A stretch of 64,000 nt of DNA from an uncultured Gemmatimonadales bacterium (GTDB lineage: Bacteria > Gemmatimonadota > Gemmatimonadetes > Longimicrobiales > RSA9), in NCBI GenBank assembly GCA_963783305.1, contig CAWAMW010000015.1, positions 64,001 through 128,000 on the forward strand. The letters run 5' to 3'. Shown here piece after piece: positions 9,400 to 16,437 of the stretch. Both the position numbers and the translations under genes were made by a program. Each line of letters begins with the position of its first letter. Position 1 is the first letter of the stretch. The notes under the pieces are model-generated. The model made no database searches, was not told the origin of the DNA, and saw only the letters and a program-made list of their open reading frames with translations.

Positions 9400-12066
9400 C
9401 TACTCCTCGCGGAGCGACCGGCTGGGACTCACCCGCGCTGCCCGGAGGGCCGGGACCGCGCCCGCCAGTGCCCCGATGACCAGCACTATGACCGGCATGC
9501 CGACGAAGACCGCGGGATCCCGCGGGCTGATCTGGTACAGCTGACTCGACAGGACACGCACCGCTGCCAGCGAGGCCAGCGCCCCCAGGGTCACACCCAC
9601 ACCCACCAGCACCAGCGCTTCCCTGATGACCAGACCCGCCACGTCACGTGCGCGCGCGCCGAGCGCCTGCCGGATGCTGAGCTCGTGTGAGCGGAGCGAC
9701 ACCGCGTATGCCAGCACACCATAGATCCCGAGCGCGGCGAGAAGCGCGGCCAGCACGGCGAAGGACGCGACCAGCAGCGAGACCAGCCGCGGTCTCGCCA
9801 CCGCCTCCCCCACCACGTTTCGCATCGTGGTCAGATCGGCCACGGCCATGTCCGGGTCCAGCTCCTGGACGCGCGCGCGCACCTCCGGCGCGAGCGCTCC
9901 GCCGTTGGGAGACCGCACCACCAGGTTCAGGGAGGCGAACTCCGGCAGTTGACGGTACGGGACGAACAGACCGGGCCGCCCCTCCGCCGCCACTTCCCGC
10001 TGCCGCACGTCGCCCACCACGCCCACCACCTCCAGCAGCAGCTCCTCCGCGCCCCACGGCAGCACCACCCGGCGGCCCAGGGGGTCCCCGCCCGGCCAGT
10101 TCGCTTCGGCGAACGCTTCATTCACCAGAGCGACCCGTACACCGCCCGCCGCGTCGGCGCGCGTGAACGTACGGCCCCGCAAAAGCGGGATCCCCAGAGC
10201 GTCGAGCACCTCGCCCGCCACCGCCTGCACCTCCGTCCCCGGCAGCTCCCCCGGGCCTGGACGCGGACGATCGGGGAGGTAATAGCCGGTGGTGGTCCAC
10301 GCACCGGTGAGCGGCAGCCAGGAGATCGCCCCGGCGGCGCGCACCTGGGGGAGCGCCCCCAGCGATTCCACCGCCCGATCGACGAACGTCGCTCGCGCCT
10401 CTCCCTCGCGATACCCCGCGCCGCGGAGTGTGACTCTCGCCGTGAGCACGTCCTCCACCTGGATCCCCAGGTCGGCCCCACGCAGCTTCCCGAAGCTGCG
10501 CACCAGGAGTCCCGCGCCGATGAGCAGCATGAGGGAGAGCGCCACCTCGCCCACCACGATGGCCACCCGTAGACGCCGCACCGAACGACCGCCGCCCCCG
10601 CTCCCACGCCCCTCCCGCAACAGCCCCAGCAGGTCGGAGCGGAAGGCGTGGAACGCAGGCGCGAGGCCGAAAATCGCGCCCGAAAGGATAGCGACGAGAG
10701 CGGCGAAGCCGAGCACATCCAGATCGACCGTGGCCTGGTCGAGGCGCGGCACTCGCAGCGACTCGGGCATCCCCACCACGAGCGCCCGCGTGGCGAGCCA
10801 GGCCAGGCCGGCCCCCAGGAGTCCGCCGGTCAGCGACAGCAGCAGGCTCTCCGTCAGCAGCTCTCGGAGGATCCGGCCGCGACCCGCGCCGAGCGACGCG
10901 CGCACCGCCAGCTCCGTGCGGCGGGACGCCGCCCGGACCAGCAGCAGGTTGGCGACGTTCACGACGGTGACCAGCAGAAGGACCCCCACAGCCGCGAGCA
11001 CCACCAGCAGCGCCGGCCGCACATCGCCCTTCACCTGCTCATCCAGCGGGACCACACGCGCGCTCCACTGGGCGTTGAACGCCGGGTACCCCTCCGCCAG
11101 CGAGCTGGAGATCGCCGCCATCTCCGCCTCCGCCGCCCCCATCGTCGCCCCCGGGGCCAGCCGTCCCACCACGCGGATGAACCGCCCCATGTCCGTACGG
11201 TTGCCCCAGGCAAAGTCCGTGGGCATCCAGAAGTCCACGTCCGGGGCGAAAAAGTCGAGATCGGGACCCATCACCCCCACCACCTCCACGCGCCCTCCCA
11301 CCAGGTCGATCTCGCGACCGAGGACGTCCCGATCGCCGCCGAAATGACGCATCCAGAAGCCGTGGCTCAGAACCACCACCGTCGCCCCGCCCGGAGGGGC
11401 GCGCCCTTCCTCGGGCGAGAACACCCGGCCCAGGCGCGGTTTCACCCCCAGGACCCGGAACAGCGCCGGGTCCGCAAGCTGCATCACGACTTCCCGCGCC
11501 TCTCCGTCCGCCAGCAACGTCACCGGCAGGTCGAAGATCGCCGCCAGCGACGAGAAGGTCTCGGAGCGCTCCCGCCAATCCCTGTAGTTTGCGGGGCTCA
11601 CCAGGTTGTGCTCCGACCCCTCCTCCCCTTCGTGCGCCTCCCAGACCATGGCCACGCGCTCCGGCTCCGGCACCGGCAGCGGCTCCAGCAGAACGGCGTC
11701 CACGACCGAATAGATCGCGGTCGTCGCGCCGATCCCGAGCGCCAGCGTCACGAGCGCCAGAGCCGTGAAGGCCGGCGACCTCACCAGCGACCTCGCAGCG
11801 TATCGAATATCCCGTATCATGTCGCTCGCCCACTCCCGTCTCCGGGTGGCCCTCATCCGTCGGGTCGTTTCCTGAAGCATCTCGCGCCGTACCGCAGGCA
11901 GGTCGCCGAAGCGACGAAGCGCTTCCGCCCGCGCCTCCTCCGGCGACAGCCCCTCAGCCTCCAGCTCCGCAGCCCGAAGCGCCAGGTGCAGCTCGATCTC
12001 GGCATCCAGATCGGCGGCCGCCTGCTGCCCCGCGGGACGCGGCACACGCAGGATCCGACGACGCAC
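9400..12066 (-). CDS. ADOP-type duplicated orphan ABC permease (two MacB_PCD/FtsX modules)
   Basis: Permease prefix ADLDAEIELHL...EALRRFG; RDIRYAARSL.RSPAFT; TLALGIGATTAIYSVV; R..ELAVRASLGAGRGR; duplicated architecture. GTG start follows GAGGAGG. Confidence 0.9.
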   Translation of the reverse strand: MRRRILRVPRPAGQQAAADLDAEIELHLALRAAELEAEGLSPEEARAEALRRFGDLPAVRREMLQETTRRMRATRRREWASDMIRDIRYAARSLVRSPAFTALALVTLALGIGATTAIYSVVDAVLLEPLPVPEPERVAMVWEAHEGEEGSEHNLVSPANYRDWRERSETFSSLAAIFDLPVTLLADGEAREVVMQLADPALFRVLGVKPRLGRVFSPEEGRAPPGGATVVVLSHGFWMRHFGGDRDVLGREIDLVGGRVEVVGVMGPDLDFFAPDVDFWMPTDFAWGNRTDMGRFIRVVGRLAPGATMGAAEAEMAAISSSLAEGYPAFNAQWSARVVPLDEQVKGDVRPALLVVLAAVGVLLLVTVVNVANLLLVRAASRRTELAVRASLGAGRGRILRELLTESLLLSLTGGLLGAGLAWLATRALVVGMPESLRVPRLDQATVDLDVLGFAALVAILSGAIFGLAPAFHAFRSDLLGLLREGRGSGGGGRSVRRLRVAIVVGEVALSLMLLIGAGLLVRSFGKLRGADLGIQVEDVLTARVTLRGAGYREGEARATFVDRAVESLGALPQVRAAGAISWLPLTGAWTTTGYYLPDRPRPGPGELPGTEVQAVAGEVLDALGIPLLRGRTFTRADAAGGVRVALVNEAFAEANWPGGDPLGRRVVLPWGAEELLLEVVGVVGDVRQREVAAEGRPGLFVPYRQLPEFASLNLVVRSPNGGALAPEVRARVQELDPDMAVADLTTMRNVVGEAVARPRLVSLLVASFAVLAALLAALGIYGVLAYAVSLRSHELSIRQALGARARDVAGLVIREALVLVGVGVTLGALASLAAVRVLSSQLYQISPRDPAVFVGMPVIVLVIGALAGAVPALRAARVSPSRSLREE

Positions 12067-12077
12067 GCCCGACCTCC

Positions 12078-12410
12078 TCACGCGGGCGTCAACACCAGCT
12101 GCACCGCCTTCGCGTACAGCCGCCAGTTCTCCACCTCCGCCACCAGCTGCTGCCGGCCTCGGGCCGTCAAGGTGTAGACCTTGGCCCGGCGGTTCGTTTC
12201 CGTGAGCCCCCACTCCGCCTCGACCAGACCCCGCCCCTCCAACCGGTGCAGCGCCTGGTACAACGCCGACTCCTCCACCCCTAACAGCCCGTCCGTTCGC
12301 TCCCGCAGCCACTTCGACACCGCGTACCCGTGCATCGGCTCCCACGCCAACGTCCGCAGTACCAGCAGGTCCAGGGTCCCGCGCAAGAGGTCCAGCGTCT
12401 CCGTACCCAT
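12078..12410 (-). CDS. PadR-family transcriptional regulator (Acidobacterial type)
   Basis: LLRGTLDLLVLRTL...PMHGY...LYQALHRLE..G...AEWG.TETNRRAKVYTLT; lies directly upstream of the ADOP permease. Confidence 0.92.
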   Translation of the reverse strand: MGTETLDLLRGTLDLLVLRTLAWEPMHGYAVSKWLRERTDGLLGVEESALYQALHRLEGRGLVEAEWGLTETNRRAKVYTLTARGRQQLVAEVENWRLYAKAVQLVLTPA

Positions 12411-12553
12411 GTCACCCCCCAGGTTCTGACCCATAAGCATCTATAGTATGACCGTGAGATCGCGCTCAGGCAATGGTCGTACAACGCCTGGACCCTTCAG
12501 CGGCCTGCGAGAACCTTCGGTGGGGCACCTCGACCGAGCGGGAGGAAATGGAG

Positions 12554-12590
12554 GAACGGCCCGCCCCGCCTACCGCGGAACGGGCCGTTC
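12554..12590 (-). terminator. Hairpin downstream of the small membrane protein gene
   Basis: GAACGGCCCG...CGGGCCGTTC, a 10-bp perfect stem. Confidence 0.55.
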
Positions 12591-12624
12591 TCCCGTGGGG
12601 TCGCTGCTGCCCGGCGGTGGCGGC

Positions 12625-12855
12625 TCAGGCCCCCGGCTGGCGCGGCTCGCGCGGTGGGGGCGGCTCGCGCGGCGGGGGCGGCGGAGTGCGGGCCTCGGTG
12701 TCCCGCAGGTTCCCGGCGAGGCTGATGATGGCGATCCCCGCCACGACCACGACGCCGATGGTGATCCAGAGGGTGGGCACGCCCAGAATGGAAGCGGCCC
12801 AGGCCAGTCCTGCGATGAGAACGATGAATCCGAGTACGTAGAGTGCTGTCGCCAT
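12625..12855 (-). CDS. Small two-TM membrane protein with Pro-rich tail (76 aa)
   Basis: AAGGAGA RBS before MATALYVLGFIVLIAGLAWAAS; two hydrophobic segments; PPPPPREPPPPREP tail. Confidence 0.75.
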   Translation of the reverse strand: MATALYVLGFIVLIAGLAWAASILGVPTLWITIGVVVVAGIAIISLAGNLRDTEARTPPPPPREPPPPREPRQPGA

Positions 12856-12883
12856 GTTCGTCTCTCCTTTTGTCATGCGCAGG

Positions 12884-12899
12884 GGCAAGTAGCTTGCCA
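12884..12899. promoter_or_regulatory. Palindromic sigma54-type site readable on both strands
   Basis: Minus TGGCAAGCTACTTGC and plus GGGCAAGTAGCTTGC are both GG-N10-GC. Confidence 0.6.
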
Positions 12900-12949
12900 C
12901 TCGAGCGGCCGGGGGGTTGACATGCGACGGTTTTCCCGCGAGGCTTGTG

Positions 12950-13109
12950 TCTGGCGAACAGTCCGGCCGAGTCCGGACACCAGCAACGTGAGGACCTGGG
13001 CGCTTACCGCTCGGGTCTTTTTTGTTGGCCGCCAGAAAGAGGTGAGTTCGAGAGGTACGGAAATACCGTTACCCCGGGAGCACCACAAGAACACAGGGAG
13101 TACGGTATT
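12950..13109 (+). ncRNA. Structured 5' leader of the csp gene with an internal terminator-like hairpin
   Basis: TTGACA at 12917-12922. Pairings 12950-56/13030-36 and 12961-66/12973-78; hairpin 12993-13017 followed by T6; 13062-69/13102-09 encloses the RBS. Confidence 0.55.
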
Positions 13110-13316
13110 ATGCGTACCAAGGGAACCGTGAAGTGGTTCAACGACGAGAAGGGCTTTGGCTTCATCACGCCTGAGGACGGCAGCAAGGACTGCTTCGTCC
13201 ATCACAGCGCGATCCAGGCCCAGGGCTTCAAGAGCCTGTCCGAGGGACAGGCCGTCGAGTTCGACGTCGTGCAGGGCCAGAAGGGCCCCGCCGCGGAGAA
13301 CGTCCACGCGGTCTGA
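13110..13316 (+). CDS. csp: Cold-shock protein (CspA family, 68 aa)
   Basis: [15 protein letters not shown] (RNP1), DCFVHHSAI (RNP2), [21 protein letters not shown]. Confidence 0.97.
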   Translation: MRTKGTVKWFNDEKGFGFITPEDGSKDCFVHHSAIQAQGFKSLSEGQAVEFDVVQGQKGPAAENVHAV

Positions 13317-13362
13317 CCGTAGAGGACACCTCGTCGTGACGGCCTCGCCGTCATGATGTCGA

Positions 13363-13394
13363 GCGGCCGCCCCGGTGATCACCGGGGCGGCTGT
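13363..13394 (+). terminator. Intrinsic terminator after csp
   Basis: GCGGCCGCCCCGGT-GATC-ACCGGGGCGGCTGT, followed by TT. Confidence 0.7.
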
Positions 13395-13499
13395 TTCGCG
13401 TTCGGGGAGGACCCACCGCCGCGCAGCGGGGTACGAGGAAACTCACCCTTTCGGACGCCCCCCGTGGTTCGATCTTCTCGATGGACTGGAGCGCCTCTC

Positions 13500-13673
13500 A
13501 TGGCCAAGGTCAGGATCAGCAAGAAAGATGGAACATCCACTCCCTACTTCTGGTCCGACAAGGATTCGGAGGACCGGACGAAGAAAACGGTCTACAAGCA
13601 GACCACCGATGGCGTGAAGCGGATGCGGGGCGTGCATTTCGACCCCGTGACGAACCGCATGCACAAGCACTGA
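13500..13673 (+). CDS. Small basic hypothetical protein (57 aa)
   Basis: GGAG RBS; natural-looking Lys-rich sequence MAKVRISKKDGTSTPYFWSDK...VHFDPVTNRMHKH; GC3-biased codons. Confidence 0.7.
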   Translation: MAKVRISKKDGTSTPYFWSDKDSEDRTKKTVYKQTTDGVKRMRGVHFDPVTNRMHKH

Positions 13674-13774
13674 CTTCTGGTAGGAACCGGCGCCCGCCTG
13701 AGAACGCAAACGGGGGGGGCGGCCGGCTCTTTGGTATCACCTCTGACGCTCTTGAGCGCCGCTTCCACCGCGTT

Positions 13775-14233
13775 CTAACGGTCTCGCATGGCGGCGGTGA
13801 GCACCCGGTCGAGCGCGGCCGCGAACGCCTGCTTCTCCTTCTTGCCGTAAGGTTTCGCTCCACCGGTCTCCACCCCGGCCCCCCGAAGCGAGTCCATGAA
13901 GTCCCGGATGGAAAGCCGCTCCCGCACGTTCTCCGCGGTATAGAGATCGCCGCGAGGATCCAGCACCATCACATCCTTCTCCACCAGGTCCGCGGCCAGC
14001 GGAATGTCCGCGGTGATGGCCAGGTCGCCGGCAGAGGCGTGGTCGACAATGTGACGATCGGCCACGTCAGGACCCCCGGGCACCCGGACCGCGCTCACAT
14101 ACGGATTGTGCCGTGGCGTCCCCATGGACTGGTTCGCCACGAGCACGGTCTCCAGCTCCAGCCGCTTCGCCGCGCGATACAGGATCTCCTTCACGTCCCG
14201 CGGCGCCGCGTCGGCATCGACCCAGATCTTCAT
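13775..14233 (-). CDS. yaiI: YaiI/YqxD (DUF188) family protein
   Basis: MKIWVDADAAP...VANQ...DVADRHIV...GDLAITADIPLAA...LDPRG...RDFMDSLR; ATGA overlap with the upstream gene. Confidence 0.92.
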   Translation of the reverse strand: MKIWVDADAAPRDVKEILYRAAKRLELETVLVANQSMGTPRHNPYVSAVRVPGGPDVADRHIVDHASAGDLAITADIPLAADLVEKDVMVLDPRGDLYTAENVRERLSIRDFMDSLRGAGVETGGAKPYGKKEKQAFAAALDRVLTAAMRDR

Positions 14234-14883
14234 ATCCGCTGCTCCAGCAGCCATTCCGCCACCCTCTCTTCCTGATACGCGCGGTCCCACGAGTTGTGTC
14301 CTATGCCCGGATAGAGCGTGAGCTTTGGATCGCCACCCGCGGCCCGGACAGCCTCCACCATGCTCTCGGAGTGCCGCGGCGGGACGACCGGATCGGCCTC
14401 GCCGTGGAACGCCCAGGTCGGCAGACCGGCAAGCTCGGGCGCGTCCGCGGGGTCGCCGCCGCCGCAGACGGGCGCGATGGCCGCGAAGAGATCTCGCCGA
14501 CGCGCGCCCAGCAGCCATGAGCCGAAGCCGCCCAGGGACACACCGGTCAGGTAGATGCGGGCAGGATCCACCGCCCACTCATCGCGGGTCTGCGCGAGGG
14601 CGCCCAGCGCCAGGCTGGCGTGCTCTACCCAGCCGTGCGGGTCTCGCGGCTTCTGCGGAAACACCGCAATGAAAGGCCAGCGGTCCGGCGCCAGCATGAT
14701 GGCGGGGCCGAGCCCAACGGCCACCTGCGCCCACCCGTCGGTGCCCTCCTCGCCGCGGCCGTGGAGAAAGAGGAGGGCTGGGGTGAGCTCCACCGGATCG
14801 TAGGTATCGGGGACGTACACCACGTAACGGCGCTCTGCGCCGCCGTTGACCCAGTATCTCCGCAGGAATCCGCGCTCGCTCAT
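14230..14883 (-). CDS. Alpha/beta hydrolase (predicted peptidase/carboxylesterase)
   Basis: LFLHGRGE; nucleophile elbow IYLTGVSLGG; FAAIAPVCG, FHGEADPVVP and GHNSW motifs. Confidence 0.88.
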   Translation of the reverse strand: MSERGFLRRYWVNGGAERRYVVYVPDTYDPVELTPALLFLHGRGEEGTDGWAQVAVGLGPAIMLAPDRWPFIAVFPQKPRDPHGWVEHASLALGALAQTRDEWAVDPARIYLTGVSLGGFGSWLLGARRRDLFAAIAPVCGGGDPADAPELAGLPTWAFHGEADPVVPPRHSESMVEAVRAAGGDPKLTLYPGIGHNSWDRAYQEERVAEWLLEQRI

Positions 14884-14937
14884 GTCACCAAGATACGGCC
14901 GGGAGACCGGGCGTGCCGGCGGCGGCCGACCGCTTCC

Positions 14938-16197
14938 CTAGGCCGCCGCCGCACGCCCGCGCGCCCGACGCAGCTGCACGTCGCGCCGAAGCGTCGGCAG
15001 CTGCCGACGGAACACCGCCGCTGCACCCAGCGCGATGACCCCGCCGATCATGACCGTGGTCGGTGCCCCCACGTGCTCGGCCATCCAGCCGGAATAGAGG
15101 CTGCCGAGCGGCAGCGTGCCGATGAAAGCCATGGTGTACAGGCTCATGATCCGGCCGCGCATGGCCTCGCCCACGATGGACTGGAGGAACGTGTTCGAGG
15201 CCGCGGACTGCACCATCAGCCCGAACCCCGCCACCGCCAGGACCGGAAGTGACAGCCAGACGGAAGGGGAGGCCCCGAAGAGGAGCAGCCCACCGCCGAA
15301 GAGGGACGCGGACCCGCCGATGAGGGACCCCAGCCCGGTCGTTTTCTCGCGCGCGGCGAGGAAGAGCGCCCCTGTGAGCGCTCCCACCCCCTGCGCTGTC
15401 ATTAGGAGCCCCAGGGTACCGGGTCCTCCCCCCAGCACGTCGGAGGCGAATACGGGCATGAGCACCACGAACGGCACTGCGAAGAAACTGATGACGGTGA
15501 TGAGGAGGAGCACCGCCCGGATCGCCGGGAAGCGCCACGCGAACTCGAACCCCTCACGCAGGTTCCCGAGGACGCTGGTCGGGCTCCCCCGCTCCGCCAC
15601 CGGCTTCACGCGCATGAGGAGGAGCGCCAGCAGCATCGAGAAGTAGGTGATGCCGTTGAGGGCGAAGACCCAACCCTCCCCTATCAGCGCAATGAGGATC
15701 CCCGCGATGGACGGGCCAATGAGCCGAGCCACGTTGAACACGCTCGAATTCAGCGCAATGGCGTTCCCGAGATCATCCGGATCATCGATGAGCTGGACGA
15801 AGAACGACTGGCGGGCGGGAATGTCGAACGAATCCAGAATGCCCAGGAACATGGCCAGTGCCAGGACGTGCCACACCTGGATGACGCCCGAGAGGACGAG
15901 CGCCGCGAGCACCAGCGCCTGGAGCATGCTCAGGGACTGTGTGAAATAGAGGATCCGGCGGCGATCCCAGCGGTCGGCGGCCACACCGGCAAACGGCGCC
16001 AACAGGAGCGTCGGGATGCGGCCGGCGAACCCCACCAGCCCCAGGATGAGGGCGGAATCGGTGAGACGATACACCAGCCAGCCCATGGCCACTCGCTGCA
16101 TCCACGTGCCGATGAGCGAAAGTCCCTGGCCCGTGAAGTACAGCCGGAAGTCCCTCGCCCGGAGTGACCTGGTCGCCCTCCGTGCGGCGCCCCGCAT
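14938..16197 (-). CDS. MFS transporter (MFS_3/DUF894-like); start codon uncertain
   Basis: RDFRLYFTGQGLSLIGTWMQ, GVAADRWDRRRIL, D.PARQS, NAIALNS..FN.AR..GP and MRGRIMSLY motifs; about 12 TM segments. Confidence 0.9.
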   Translation of the reverse strand: MRGAARRATRSLRARDFRLYFTGQGLSLIGTWMQRVAMGWLVYRLTDSALILGLVGFAGRIPTLLLAPFAGVAADRWDRRRILYFTQSLSMLQALVLAALVLSGVIQVWHVLALAMFLGILDSFDIPARQSFFVQLIDDPDDLGNAIALNSSVFNVARLIGPSIAGILIALIGEGWVFALNGITYFSMLLALLLMRVKPVAERGSPTSVLGNLREGFEFAWRFPAIRAVLLLITVISFFAVPFVVLMPVFASDVLGGGPGTLGLLMTAQGVGALTGALFLAAREKTTGLGSLIGGSASLFGGGLLLFGASPSVWLSLPVLAVAGFGLMVQSAASNTFLQSIVGEAMRGRIMSLYTMAFIGTLPLGSLYSGWMAEHVGAPTTVMIGGVIALGAAAVFRRQLPTLRRDVQLRRARGRAAAA

Positions 16198-16437
16198 CCC
16201 GCGGCGCGCCGCCGTCACCCGTCCTGTCGTGCCTGTTCTCACCTGGTTCCAATCCCCGCCATTCCCGCGCCGCCCGACTGCCGCCACAGTTCCTCACATA
16301 CCCTGCCCAATCAGGGTGTTCCCATCCGCTGCTGGGCATCAACGGGGTCGACCCCGCCGGGGTACGGTCCTATATTCGGCACGAGCGGCGACAACCGACG
16401 CCCCGGGACCTCCTCGGTACACTCTGGATCCGACTAG

